Origin: a virus | Strand: one strand, 5' to 3' | Length of the DNA stretch: 64,000 nucleotides | IMG/VR virus record: IMGVR_UViG_3300003322_000872 | Location: 612-64,611 of that record | In this document: piece by piece, positions 28,929 to 38,770 of the stretch | Numbering within the stretch: position 1 is the stretch's first letter | Layout of the letters: each line of letters starts with the position of its first letter | Notes under the pieces: model-generated | Database searches by the model: none | Seen by the model: the letters and a program-made list of their open reading frames with translations, nothing else | What the model was told of the DNA's origin: nothing | Made by a program: the position numbers and the translations under genes

Positions 28929-29520
28929 ATGCGTCTTACCAACGAACTTCGTACCAAGATCATCCGCTCGCTCATCGTCGATACGATGCAGGCCGAGTAC
29001 AACCGGATATGCAACGACAGCGCCAAATTTGCCGAGGAAGTGTACAATCTCGAAATCCCGGAATTTATCCGCGATTGTAGGGAGCAGGGCTGGTTCCCCA
29101 TAGCCAACAAGATGTACGTCTACAGCCGCGTCGAGCACGACTACCTGCATATGAATGGGGAGTTCATCATCTATCACACGGAGCCAACGCTTAACCGCGA
29201 GCGGATACAATGGCTCAAAGACCCACCGAACGTATCGCGGCAAGTGCCACACAAGCATTACAGCGACTTCCGAGTGTCTTTTAGCGGTGAACTTGCCGAC
29301 CGTTATGAGATTATCCGCGATCGGCGAAGAGTCGAGCAAGGTCAACGAGGCTATCCTCAAGGCCAAAACGATCGTCGAGAACTGCACCACGACCGAGCGA
29401 CTGTTGGATGCATGGCCTGAGATCGAGGCATATATCCCCATCCCCCCGGTCAAATCCCTCCCGATGCTGCCAATCAAGGAAGCGAACGCAATCTTCGGCC
29501 TTCCAAAAGTCGAGGCATGA
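28929..29520 (+). pseudogene. Nmad5-like (nucleotide-modification-associated domain 5) gene interrupted by a +1 frameshift near 29322
   Basis: N-terminal MRLTNELRTKII is in one frame; the family-typical C-terminus (CTTTERLLDAWPEIEAYIP...LP) is in the +1 frame. Confidence 0.65.
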
Positions 29521-29523
29521 CAC

Positions 29524-29553
29524 TTTACTGCGATAGCAGAATCGATGTATCCT
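29524..29553 (+). promoter_or_regulatory. Phage early promoter cassette (variant)
   Basis: TTTACT-N18-TATCCT-GAG with CAGAA in the spacer. Confidence 0.5.
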
Positions 29554-29583
29554 GAGTCTACTTAAAGTCGGAAAGGTAGACTC

Positions 29584-29877
29584 ATGCCCTTCAAGCGTTA
29601 TAATATTGATCCCGATAGTCAGCACGGCCAAGCCGTGTCCCATGGGTTGCGCACCGGTATGCGGGCGATAGAACGGGGGGAGGGGCATGAATTCGCTGTG
29701 GTAGAGGCGATACTCGCCTATGCCGCGATCATGGTTGTGCAAGCTGGTAATATCCAAGAGCAATGGATACAGCTGGCGCGCCGCAATGCTTATTGGCTGA
29801 TAGCATCGGTCATTCTCAATGTGGCTTTCGCAACCACAATCTTTATCTTGTTACTCTGGAGGTATATGGGTGTCTGA
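29584..29877 (+). CDS. Hypothetical protein with a C-terminal TM helix
   Basis: 97 aa; hydrophobic C-terminus. Confidence 0.5.
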   Translation: MPFKRYNIDPDSQHGQAVSHGLRTGMRAIERGEGHEFAVVEAILAYAAIMVVQAGNIQEQWIQLARRNAYWLIASVILNVAFATTIFILLLWRYMGV

Positions 29878-30058
29878 TGCTAAAACTTAGGACGTTAGAG
29901 CGGACAACGATGGTGGAGTTGCTTGATGCTGTATACAGATATCATGGTTGGAAACGCAACTTTGGAGAGAGCCGAGTTCAACGAGTAAAAGAGAAATACA
30001 AATTGAGCGTTGACTATTCCAAAAATAGATTTATCGCAACACCCAAGAAAGATGTCCA

Positions 30059-31045
30059 ATGAGCGAAGAATTCACACCGGAACAGTTGAAGGCCCTCGAC
30101 AAGATCGAGAAGCTTATGCGGCTTGCGGCCAAGAACACATCGGCCGAGGAAGCTGCTTCCGCCATGGCGCGCGCCCAAGAACTACTTGCGGCTTATAACT
30201 TATCCGAGGAGTCGGTGGGTAAGACTGGCGCAACCGCCGACCAAGCGCGGGAACAGAAGGTTATCAAGGGCGGTTTTTATCAGTTTCAGCGCGATCTATG
30301 GCGCGCGATTGCCGAGCTCAACTTTTGCATGTATTGGACGATAGAACATAAGTTCCCGCGCATGCGGCGTCGCCGGCAAAGCGACGGTTCGCTCCGCGAG
30401 GTATGGTCCAATGGCAAAGAACATCGGCATACAGTCGTCGGTAAGCGGATCAACGTCAAAGCCACCATGTTCATGGCCGAGTACCTCCAGAGCACGATCG
30501 AGCGCCTCGTAAAGGACCGCTATCCGCTTAGTAGCCAGCGCTTTATGAGCGAGGCAATCGCCTTCCGAGAGGGAATCGCAGACGAAGTTGCATCTCGATT
30601 GCGGACCAAGCGGCGCGATAAAATCAAGGAAGAAGAGCGTCGTCGCGAGGAAGAACTTAAGCGGAACGGGGTCTCAACGAGCCAAGCGTTAACGCTTGGA
30701 TCACTGGCACAGCAGGAAGCCGATGCCAACGCCGATTTCGTTATGGGCGAAGAGGGCTATAGCGCGCGTAAGCGGGCGGAGCGCGCCGAACAGGCACGGC
30801 GACAGAAGGAAGCCGAAGAGGCCTATACCCGTTGGGCTGCTGCCAACCCGGAGGAGGCGGCTAAGCTCGAGAAAGAGCAGGCCAAGGCACGTAAAGGGCG
30901 TAGCCGCAGTTATGGTAGCTATCGCCAGACCGGATCGGACCGTCGCTATAATATGTCCACCTATTGGCAGGGCCGAGATGAGGGCAAGAACATCGGCCTT
31001 GATCCGCAGACCAAGGAGGCGGCTAAGCCGTTGGCGATTAAATGA
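30059..31045 (+). CDS. DUF2786-family protein
   Basis: LDKIEKLMRLA...EEAASAMARAQELLAAYNLS. Confidence 0.85.
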   Translation: MSEEFTPEQLKALDKIEKLMRLAAKNTSAEEAASAMARAQELLAAYNLSEESVGKTGATADQAREQKVIKGGFYQFQRDLWRAIAELNFCMYWTIEHKFPRMRRRRQSDGSLREVWSNGKEHRHTVVGKRINVKATMFMAEYLQSTIERLVKDRYPLSSQRFMSEAIAFREGIADEVASRLRTKRRDKIKEEERRREEELKRNGVSTSQALTLGSLAQQEADANADFVMGEEGYSARKRAERAEQARRQKEAEEAYTRWAAANPEEAAKLEKEQAKARKGRSRSYGSYRQTGSDRRYNMSTYWQGRDEGKNIGLDPQTKEAAKPLAIK

Positions 31046-31227
31046 CACTCCAAGAGCACATCGAGAAGATCATCATCCCAACCATCATTAAAGGCAAGAC
31101 GGATCACTCTGTAGCGATCCTTACCGCCATGATTGTTGGTGCCTACAAGGCTGGGTATGGTGCACCACACAACCCTAAGCTAGACGATCGGGTTAGACGG
31201 TATCTGGAAGAGGACTGGTGCAAATGA
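31042..31227 (+). CDS. Small hypothetical protein
   Basis: ATGA-coupled 61-aa ORF. Confidence 0.5.
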   Translation: MTLQEHIEKIIIPTIIKGKTDHSVAILTAMIVGAYKAGYGAPHNPKLDDRVRRYLEEDWCK

Positions 31228-31445
31228 GCAACCTCCTTCTCATCCTATTCTTTTGGTATCTGTGCGGCCTGGCTGGATCGATGCTGTTTTATACAGCGCT
31301 AAATCGCTGGTGGTATATTAGCACTGGCGAACGACGTCCGTTTTGGTGGATGGACATACCCTTTGCCCTATGGGCGGCATGCAGTGGGCCGATCGGATTG
31401 CTTTTTTGCCTTATCGTCCTATCCAACACCAGACTAGAGCGCTAG
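31218..31445 (+). CDS. Small membrane protein
   Basis: Two hydrophobic segments. Confidence 0.5.
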   Translation: MQMSNLLLILFFWYLCGLAGSMLFYTALNRWWYISTGERRPFWWMDIPFALWAACSGPIGLLFCLIVLSNTRLER

Positions 31446-31490
31446 TCGGCGGCCACTAGCCGACTTATAATGTGATCAGAGGAACCGGAT

Positions 31491-32390
31491 ATGGTTGACA
31501 AAGGCACCTACCGCGCATATGGACCCGAGAAGCGACTGGGTAAAGATACTCTCGCTATCATCGATCGATGCAACACAATCATCGAGGAGTTCGAGTCTCA
31601 GGGTTACTCGGTCACTGTCCGACAAATTTATTACCAGATGGTAGCGCGCGGCTATACCGGGGGAGAAAACTCCTTGCGCATGTACAGCCGTATCCAGTCG
31701 GCCCTTAACGAGGGCCGGATGCAAGGTATTGTGTCGTGGACAGCGTTAGAGGACCGGGGCCGTAACTTACGCGGCCTAAATACCTATGAGACAGTGGCGG
31801 ACCTCCTAGCATCCGCAAAGGCCGACTATCGCATCGATCTATGGAAAGACCAAGCATGGCGACCCGAGGTTTGGGTGGAGAAGGAAGCGCTGGTTGGGGT
31901 GATCTCGGGCATTTGTAACCGGCTGCGCGTAAACTTCTTCGCGTCGAAAGGCTACAACAGTCAATCCGAGCAATGGCGCGCGGGCCGACGCTTCGCCTCC
32001 TATATCCAGCGGGGGCAGAGGCCTATCGTATTTCATCTGGGCGACCACGACCCTTCCGGCATCGATATGACGCGCGATAATCAGGAGCGTCTGAGTCTTT
32101 TTGCGGGCACACCGGTTATCGTACAGCGGCTGGCCCTTAACATGGATCAAATCGAGGAGTTCAATCCTCCACCCAATCCGGCTAAATTAACTGACAGTCG
32201 GGCCGCAGGCTACACCGCCATGTTCGGCGACGAGTCCTGGGAATTGGACGCGTTATCCCCCCGCTACATCGAGTCGATAATCGAGAGCGCTATCCTCAAG
32301 ATACGCGATCCCGATATCTGGCAACAATCATTAGAAGAAGAGAATGCCGATCTTGAGCGATTAGACCTCATCCTGGAGGATTTGAAATGA
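31491..32390 (+). CDS. Topoisomerase VI-A/Spo11/JetD-like TOPRIM protein
   Basis: Winged-helix VRQIYYQMV (candidate catalytic Tyr); TOPRIM VWVEKEA, SKGYNS and GDHDPSG; ELDAL. Confidence 0.8.
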   Translation: MVDKGTYRAYGPEKRLGKDTLAIIDRCNTIIEEFESQGYSVTVRQIYYQMVARGYTGGENSLRMYSRIQSALNEGRMQGIVSWTALEDRGRNLRGLNTYETVADLLASAKADYRIDLWKDQAWRPEVWVEKEALVGVISGICNRLRVNFFASKGYNSQSEQWRAGRRFASYIQRGQRPIVFHLGDHDPSGIDMTRDNQERLSLFAGTPVIVQRLALNMDQIEEFNPPPNPAKLTDSRAAGYTAMFGDESWELDALSPRYIESIIESAILKIRDPDIWQQSLEEENADLERLDLILEDLK

Positions 32391-32486
32391 GCTGGGTAGA
32401 TGATCTGGCTCTTGGGTGTATATTTATCTTGCCAGGGGCTCTCGGTATTGTAGCGTTGATTTTGGCAACAAGGAGAATCCGAAACA

Positions 32487-32801
32487 ATGGGCGAGAAAAT
32501 GATTAAACAATTTCTCACCTGTGAAGGCCGATGGTGTGACTTTCGAGGTTGGAACTGGAATGCTGTGCCAAACGATGAACGGAGATATCGAAGGATGACT
32601 AGCAATGACAGACCCTATTACATGTGCGACCTCGCTCGAGGAACAATACGTACAACAGCTTGGATTGATGCCTCCGGCGCTCGCATCGGTGCCACTGTCC
32701 GCATGGAAGACGGTGATCTTTGGATGGTTGTACAAGTCAGCGATATAGCGCGGCCGAAATCCGAGATCGATAGCCGCAGTTCTTTCGGATCACTAGCATG
32801 A
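32487..32801 (+). CDS. Hypothetical protein
   Basis: SD GGAG; TTGCCA-N16-TAGCGT promoter-like sequence at 32429-32456. Confidence 0.55.
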   Translation: MGEKMIKQFLTCEGRWCDFRGWNWNAVPNDERRYRRMTSNDRPYYMCDLARGTIRTTAWIDASGARIGATVRMEDGDLWMVVQVSDIARPKSEIDSRSSFGSLA

Positions 32802-33121
32802 CACAGTTCCAATTCTGGCTATTCGTAGCGGCTGTATTTTTCCTTGGGTTCGTATGCGGCGTTTCCATCACACACGCCCACGACGCCCCCACTGGTTGGC
32901 ACTACGATCTACAGTGTTGCAGCGGGATCGACTGTGCTCCGATCGCGGCTAGCCGAGTAAAGGAAGGCCCCACCGGCTATACAATGCCGAACGGGGAGGT
33001 CGTCCTTTATGGTGACCGCCGCATCCATGAAAGCAAGGATGGCAGTTATCATTGGTGTACTCCCGGCGGCAACCAAGCCGGGTACACGATCTGCCTCTAT
33101 GTTCCGTTTAGGGGATACTGA
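32798..33121 (+). CDS. Exported small Cys-rich protein
   Basis: Hydrophobic signal-like N-terminus, then AHD...W.Y...CCS..DC...HWC...ICLYVP. Confidence 0.65.
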   Translation: MTQFQFWLFVAAVFFLGFVCGVSITHAHDAPTGWHYDLQCCSGIDCAPIAASRVKEGPTGYTMPNGEVVLYGDRRIHESKDGSYHWCTPGGNQAGYTICLYVPFRGY

Positions 33122-33486
33122 TGTCAATAGTCATGTGGTTTGTCAAAGACTTCGCCGATGGCTGGATAGCCTTTGATAATGAGGAAGAAGCCCGCCACGA
33201 AGTTGCCCAAACCGGAGCGATCATGCTCGTCGGATACCGACCAAAGGAGAGTACTATGATCAAGCCAGAAATCGAACAAGCATTCCTCGACATGGTCGAG
33301 TCCCATGGTGCGGATCGCGTCGGATTGGGAATGAAGCAGCTAACGACCCGACGAGCCTATGCGGAAACCACTGTCCTGGTAAAGCAGACAGAGCGTCTTT
33401 TAGAGGCGCTCATAGAAGCCGGATTCGGCGAGCTTACACTCACCGAGCTCTATAATGAAATCGCAGGTGAGGCACATAGGCGATGA
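33121..33486 (+). CDS. Hypothetical protein
   Basis: Coupled 121-aa ORF. Confidence 0.55.
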   Translation: MSIVMWFVKDFADGWIAFDNEEEARHEVAQTGAIMLVGYRPKESTMIKPEIEQAFLDMVESHGADRVGLGMKQLTTRRAYAETTVLVKQTERLLEALIEAGFGELTLTELYNEIAGEAHRR

Positions 33487-33752
33487 AGACCGTATACAAA
33501 TACCCGTTGGAGACCATCGAAAGACAGAAGATCGATATTCACAGGAACGCCATGTTTCTTAGCGCGGGCATCGATCCCAGCGGCGGTCTTTGCCTATGGG
33601 CCCTCGTCGACACTGCGGAGCCTATGGCAACAAGAACGATCTTCATTGTCGGCACCGGCTTCCCGATCGCTGATAACATTCCCATGTTCTTCCTGGATAC
33701 CGTTAAGAACGGGCCGTTCATGTGGCATGTTTTCTATATGAGTGATGAATGA
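33483..33752 (+). CDS. DUF7352-like phage protein
   Basis: KTVYKYPL...LCLWALVD...IFIVGTG...FMWHVF. Confidence 0.75.
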   Translation: MKTVYKYPLETIERQKIDIHRNAMFLSAGIDPSGGLCLWALVDTAEPMATRTIFIVGTGFPIADNIPMFFLDTVKNGPFMWHVFYMSDE

Positions 33753-34009
33753 GCAAGCGCCCAAAGCCCGAGCTGTCCGAGCGTGCCCGTAAGGGACGCC
33801 TTACCGCACAGCACTCGTTTATCAACAAGATGTTCCCTGGTTATAATGTCTGGGTAACAGATGCCAAGCTGTTCGTCTATCGCCGCAAGGCAATGACACC
33901 AATCGCCACATTCCTCCGTAAGGGTCCGGACTACGTTCACGATGGCAGCAACACAAAGGTCAAATCTGTAAAGGAGGCCGTGGAATGGGTCAAGAACAAT
34001 ATTGGGTGA
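33749..34009 (+). CDS. Hypothetical basic protein
   Basis: ATGA-coupled 86-aa ORF. Confidence 0.55.
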   Translation: MSKRPKPELSERARKGRLTAQHSFINKMFPGYNVWVTDAKLFVYRRKAMTPIATFLRKGPDYVHDGSNTKVKSVKEAVEWVKNNIG

Positions 34010-34018
34010 GCAAGGCCA

Positions 34019-34246
34019 ATGAGTGATGTCATCGACCTTGCCGACCGCCGTGCGCCGGTATGCTTCAGCATCGACTTCGAGGTCCGATGGGACGGGAGTA
34101 TGGTATTCGGAGTGAACGATGTAGCCTTCGAGCCGCGCTCCATGCGATCGGTGGCCGATGCTTTACTCCGGGCCGCGTGCTGCATAGAGCAACAAGCCGC
34201 CAAAGAGGAAGGGAATTGGCATGATCCTGACAGCAACCCCAGCTGA
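34019..34246 (+). CDS. Hypothetical protein
   Basis: 75 aa; VIDLADRR start. Confidence 0.55.
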   Translation: MSDVIDLADRRAPVCFSIDFEVRWDGSMVFGVNDVAFEPRSMRSVADALLRAACCIEQQAAKEEGNWHDPDSNPS

Positions 34247-34667
34247 CATAAAGCGCTTCATGTTGTTTGTCGAGTTCCTACCCAATGGATGTTGGTTTTG
34301 GACCGGGGGGCGTAGCCGGGGCAAGGGCAATAAGAAGTGGTACGGCTCGTTCTCATATGGAGGAAAGGTCGTTAGAGCCCATCGCTTCGCCTGCGAGCAG
34401 ATTAAAGGCATCGCGCTACCCGACGACCATCATCGCGATCACCTCTGCCGCTTCAGCCTCTGCGTAAACCCAGATCATATCGACGTTGTCCATAAGGATG
34501 TCAATCAGGCCCGCCGTCACAAACCCCATCCCCCGGTCACCCTGCATTATGCCTATGTCGAGGGCGAGCTTGTCTTGTCCCTGAAAATAATCGACCCTTC
34601 TGTTGCTTATGACTTTACATTACCGCAGAATACCTTTATCCCTGAGATCATAAACGAACCGGAGTAA
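34221..34667 (+). CDS. HNH endonuclease (HNH_3-like)
   Basis: GCWFWTG...YG.F...RAHR...DHLC...CVNPDH. Confidence 0.88.
   Translation: MILTATPADIKRFMLFVEFLPNGCWFWTGGRSRGKGNKKWYGSFSYGGKVVRAHRFACEQIKGIALPDDHHRDHLCRFSLCVNPDHIDVVHKDVNQARRHKPHPPVTLHYAYVEGELVLSLKIIDPSVAYDFTLPQNTFIPEIINEPE
34614..34664 (+). promoter_or_regulatory. Phage early promoter cassette inside the 3' end of the HNH gene
   Basis: GACTTTACAT...CAGAA...TATCCCTGAG...GAACCGGAG. Confidence 0.65.
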
Positions 34668-34957
34668 TGCAGATGCCTCGTAAGCCCCCAACCTATACCC
34701 CGCGCGAAGTTACCGCCCTTAAGGCAGCCGACCGCGTTGTTGCCCGTACCGTTATCACAGGTACAGGCCGTTGGGCCGAGCAGGAGTTCTATCCTGCCCC
34801 CGGCCAATCGATCCGCGATAAACTGGCCGAGATACAGGCCGAGATTGCCGCTAACCCGGCCCTTAAGCGGGTAGCGCTCTATGTCGGCGGTATCGTTAAT
34901 AACGAGCGCATGATCGCGAACGTACCGCATAATTTTATCCCGGAGGAGCTAGCATGA
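34667..34957 (+). CDS. Hypothetical protein
   Basis: Follows the promoter cassette and its GGAG SD. Confidence 0.65.
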   Translation: MQMPRKPPTYTPREVTALKAADRVVARTVITGTGRWAEQEFYPAPGQSIRDKLAEIQAEIAANPALKRVALYVGGIVNNERMIANVPHNFIPEELA

Positions 34958-35175
34958 CCGAAGATCGCGTCGCATTCCTGCGCCGACAGGTACAGTTGGA
35001 AGTGAATAATTTCACAGCCCAAACCGGCCTCAAATCAGTCGATGGCGATAGCATCCTCGAGCTCATGCTCGATATGTACGAGGATGATGCCGATCAACAG
35101 ATACTGCATTATCTCTGCGATGGCACGCTGTATGCGAAGCCGGTAGCGATTCTACCAGGAGATTACGACCGATGA
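34954..35175 (+). CDS. Hypothetical protein
   Basis: Coupled 73-aa ORF. Confidence 0.55.
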   Translation: MTEDRVAFLRRQVQLEVNNFTAQTGLKSVDGDSILELMLDMYEDDADQQILHYLCDGTLYAKPVAILPGDYDR

Positions 35176-35462
35176 ACAAGCGCATTCTCAAGGCGATTAT
35201 CGCCAATCTCATGGATGCTCTGGATGATGAGCCGGAATCAATCCTTACGGCTAACCAGCTAGATGTGGTTCGACAAGTCGTAAGGGATGTTGAGCAACGA
35301 GGAGATTTCCTCTTCGACGATCCCTCCGAGGAATACGAGCTCGGCGTCGTGCGCGCCTTTATCCGACGCAAATCAAAGTTGCAAGGTGGTTGGCGTCTGG
35401 ATATACCACCAGAAAAACATGAAGAATTTATCCAAGATGTTTACGAACAGCTGGTTAAATGA
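35172..35462 (+). CDS. Hypothetical protein
   Basis: Coupled 96-aa ORF. Confidence 0.55.
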   Translation: MNKRILKAIIANLMDALDDEPESILTANQLDVVRQVVRDVEQRGDFLFDDPSEEYELGVVRAFIRRKSKLQGGWRLDIPPEKHEEFIQDVYEQLVK

Positions 35463-35515
35463 TCGCTAGCCTGTCCATGGGGGACAGGTAACGATCTTGA
35501 AAGGAGAATGGTCAA

Positions 35516-36409
35516 ATGGCGAGAATTTCCATATCGAATGCCGAGCGCGGGCTGGGCATTTACCTGAATAGCGACGCTGCTTCGCACTTGGGCGGCATCA
35601 GCACGCGGGTTGTCATCCATGTAAAGCGTATCGACGACAAGGTCGATATGTTCCTGGTGACTTTGCGCGCCAACATGAACGGCCGCAATAAGATCACCAA
35701 TCAGGCCAACTCGAAGAAAACGCCTTTCAGGGTATTCTTCACCGAGGTCGATGGTTGGCTTAAGCGCTGGCCGCGAACCCCGGTCAACAAGCCGGTTGAA
35801 GTCTCATATAACAGCGAGCAAAAGGCAGCCATCCAATTCTATATCACCAAGCAGGAGCTACAGGGTTTTTCCGATATGCAGGAAAAGCCGCCGTATCCGA
35901 AATCATCACTCAGCGAGCAAGTTCGTACCGGTATGGGCAAGCCTGCAGAGCCGATCAAATCGTTCGAGGAGCTCAAGGCCGCTCTGCAACCCGAGATCGA
36001 TACAGTCGCGACCGCGATGGCGTCGGCATACGAAAAAGCTGGGCAATATGAGGATCGGTCAAGGCGCGATTTCAAAGCGCCAGAAGTCAAGATGCTATCC
36101 CAACAAGACATCGAAGATCGCATCCAAGCCCAAATCGAGGGCAAGGCCAAGGCTCCAGCTTATCCAGATCAAGCGAAAGCCGTACAGGCTGCGCGATCGG
36201 TCGCCATCTTCCAGTCTGCCACCCCGCACGATGATCTCAATACGGCGCTGAAGAGTTTGAATACGGCGCTTATCCCAGAGGTCAACGATGTCGAGCTCTT
36301 TATCGAGGAGATCGACAGTCTTGGTAATGTTACCAAGACCATTAATCTCCCGCCGCCGGGAAACATCCGCATCCGGGGCCGCATCATAAGGGAGGAAATC
36401 CTTGGATAG
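35516..36409 (+). CDS. Hypothetical protein
   Basis: 297 aa, SD AAGGAG. Confidence 0.7.
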   Translation: MARISISNAERGLGIYLNSDAASHLGGISTRVVIHVKRIDDKVDMFLVTLRANMNGRNKITNQANSKKTPFRVFFTEVDGWLKRWPRTPVNKPVEVSYNSEQKAAIQFYITKQELQGFSDMQEKPPYPKSSLSEQVRTGMGKPAEPIKSFEELKAALQPEIDTVATAMASAYEKAGQYEDRSRRDFKAPEVKMLSQQDIEDRIQAQIEGKAKAPAYPDQAKAVQAARSVAIFQSATPHDDLNTALKSLNTALIPEVNDVELFIEEIDSLGNVTKTINLPPPGNIRIRGRIIREEILG

Positions 36410-36443
36410 CGCTCTGAACATTGTTCTAAGCTGAGGATAACCC

Positions 36444-36848
36444 ATGGAAGCAGCTCCCACTATCGACGCCTTTGTCCGTGGCCCCACGCTGTTTAGGCGT
36501 GGGGTTATCTACCACGGCGAAATGCTCTACGGCGATCCTGTTCTATTGGTACGCGAACCCAATAATCCCAAGGACTCCAATGCTGTCTTAGTGACAGACC
36601 AAGACGATCGCCCCATCGGATATATTCAACGGGATAAGGCCGCTGTCCTGGCTGTCTGGATGGACAAGGGATGGGTGTATACGGGTCGGGTTATAGTACC
36701 AGCTAAGATTACACAGCAAGGGAATAAACGGTTCGTTCACCCAGATACTCTTGTTGTACGATGCACCCCAATCGCGCCGCTTAACCAGTCGGTAACTACA
36801 AAGAGAACCGAAACTTTACCAAAGGTCAAGGAAGAGATATCCTGGTAG
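36444..36848 (+). CDS. HIRAN-domain protein
   Basis: LVREPNNPKDSNAV.V......IGYI. Confidence 0.88.
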   Translation: MEAAPTIDAFVRGPTLFRRGVIYHGEMLYGDPVLLVREPNNPKDSNAVLVTDQDDRPIGYIQRDKAAVLAVWMDKGWVYTGRVIVPAKITQQGNKRFVHPDTLVVRCTPIAPLNQSVTTKRTETLPKVKEEISW

Positions 36849-36868
36849 CAGTAAACCGGAGATGAACC

Positions 36869-37051
36869 ATGATCAAAGTTATCGCCATCGCTGTCGCCTA
36901 TTATCTACTGGGTCTTGCTGCCATCCTTCCGACGGAGCAGAACCTTAAGGCGGCATGCCATCCTACGTTCACAGATCGCCAAGCGCTGGTTGCACCTATC
37001 GTTTGGCCCATCACGTACCTTTCATCATTGGAGCTCGAAAACAAATGCTGA
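36869..37051 (+). CDS. Small membrane/exported protein
   Basis: SD GGAG; hydrophobic N-terminus. Confidence 0.5.
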   Translation: MIKVIAIAVAYYLLGLAAILPTEQNLKAACHPTFTDRQALVAPIVWPITYLSSLELENKC

Positions 37052-37296
37052 CAGCTATCATCTTTCTTCTCGTCATCACCATCTATATCCTCATCGCATG
37101 TATCGCTTTCGGGATTTTAGAGGCGTATGAACTGGCACCCTATAACGATAGGCCAGTTGTAGCTGCCTTCTGGTTTCTAATCCCGATTTCCTATCTAACG
37201 ATGAAGATCACAGATGCAGCCGCGATTCCAATCGGTTGGTTGGCCAATCGTTCTTTTGAATTGGTCAGAGCTTACCGTTTAAGGGCGAATGGATGA
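37045..37296 (+). CDS. Small membrane protein
   Basis: ATG 37045 (MLTAIIFLLV...); hydrophobic. Confidence 0.5.
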   Translation: MLTAIIFLLVITIYILIACIAFGILEAYELAPYNDRPVVAAFWFLIPISYLTMKITDAAAIPIGWLANRSFELVRAYRLRANG

Positions 37297-37540
37297 CTTG
37301 GCCCCTCGTAATACTGCGTGTGCCTTTAGCCGCCTATCTTTTGATAGAAGCGGCTTTGGCCAAATCTGGCGACGAGGGATTACTCCGGATAGACAGTCCC
37401 TCTCCAGGCCATCTAAACTTGGATGGCGTGGTTTTGGAGCCAGACCCCTCGACGCTCGACATAAAAGTGTGGCCTTGCTGTGGCCACCCTATTGCCGAGG
37501 GCCACAACAGTTCCTGCACTTTCTATGGATTGGACAAATC

Positions 37541-38140
37541 ATGAGCAACACTTTCTTCATCGGATGCACCCACTTCGGCCACGAGAATATCATCCGGTTG
37601 GCCAATCGGCCTTTCGCCTCTGTCCAAGAAATGGACGAGACGATGATCGAGCGGTGGAATGCTGTCGTTAAGCCCAATGACGAGGTTTTCCATCTGGGTG
37701 ATTTTGCATGGCATCACCATCAAGAATACAGAGATCGCCTTAACGGCAAAATCGTCGTCATTATCGGTAACCATGACCCAGATTACCTTTTTGGCATCCA
37801 TGGTATCCAGGATTTTTACAACTACAATGTCATCGAGCGCAAGGATCACAAGTTCGTCCTGTTCCACTATCCGATCGAGGACTGGGACATGCGCTATCGC
37901 GGCTCGATCCATCTACACTGCCATACCCATCAGTCGGCCTTGGAACGTCCCGCACTTCCATACATCATCGGGTCGGGACTTACCCGGTCAAATGAAGGAA
38001 GCTCTCCCTTGGAGCTCCCAAGTAATTATCCAGAGGGACTCATCTGCAACCGCTTCAACGTAACCGTCGAAGCCACAAATTACACCCCCGTATCCATCGA
38101 CGAGTTGCTTGACCGGGGGTATGGGAGATGGCAGGGATGA
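37541..38140 (+). CDS. Calcineurin-like metallophosphoesterase
   Basis: ATG 37541: FFIGCTHFGH...HLGDF...GNHD...LFHYP...HLHCHTH. Confidence 0.88.
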   Translation: MSNTFFIGCTHFGHENIIRLANRPFASVQEMDETMIERWNAVVKPNDEVFHLGDFAWHHHQEYRDRLNGKIVVIIGNHDPDYLFGIHGIQDFYNYNVIERKDHKFVLFHYPIEDWDMRYRGSIHLHCHTHQSALERPALPYIIGSGLTRSNEGSSPLELPSNYPEGLICNRFNVTVEATNYTPVSIDELLDRGYGRWQG

Positions 38141-38282
38141 AGGTTCTCCAAACTCTGATATTAATCATCCCAGCATCGATCTGCCTTATCTTTGCTGGTA
38201 TGCTCGCATTACATGGTGGTATCTTTTTTCCGATCGTCTTTTTGATTGTCGGCGTTATGGCACTCAAGATTGAAGTTAGGTA

Positions 38283-38570
38283 TTGGTGATGAATGCAATC
38301 CCCATAATGACCGATCCCCTCGGCAAATATTGGAAGCAGCCCCTCGACATCCGATCGGCCCCGATGGACGGCACCCATGTGCTGTTGTCTATGCGACAGT
38401 TCAAGGAGCTCCTCGAGTATTCGGAATCATTCCCTTCGGGTGTTTACGAGGGTAAATGCTGGAGACGACAGGAACCATCTACCTGGTTTCTTTGTTGGTA
38501 TGAAAATAAATCCGAGGATCGGTGCGCCATTAAAGCACGCAAAATCCTTATCGGGAGGTTACGGCAATGA
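38283..38570 (+). CDS. Hypothetical protein
   Basis: IPIMTDPLGKYWKQP...YSESFPSGVYEGKCW. Confidence 0.6.
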   Translation: MVMNAIPIMTDPLGKYWKQPLDIRSAPMDGTHVLLSMRQFKELLEYSESFPSGVYEGKCWRRQEPSTWFLCWYENKSEDRCAIKARKILIGRLRQ

Positions 38571-38770
38571 TCAGAGTTTGGTGGTATACTGTAGATAAGA
38601 TTGATGACTTCTTACGATGGCTGGCAACTCCACGTATCTATATGCGCTGGGATACAAATGCCTATTTCGTATCCGGTTGGCTAATCGGCGAAGGTAAGCT
38701 ATGGCAAGCCATTGCGGCCTTTATCATTATCGCAGCGATCGGAGTTTTTCTGGAGAAAGTTTATGAGTGA
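38567..38770 (+). CDS. Small membrane protein
   Basis: 67 aa, hydrophobic C-terminus. Confidence 0.5.
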   Translation: MIRVWWYTVDKIDDFLRWLATPRIYMRWDTNAYFVSGWLIGEGKLWQAIAAFIIIAAIGVFLEKVYE

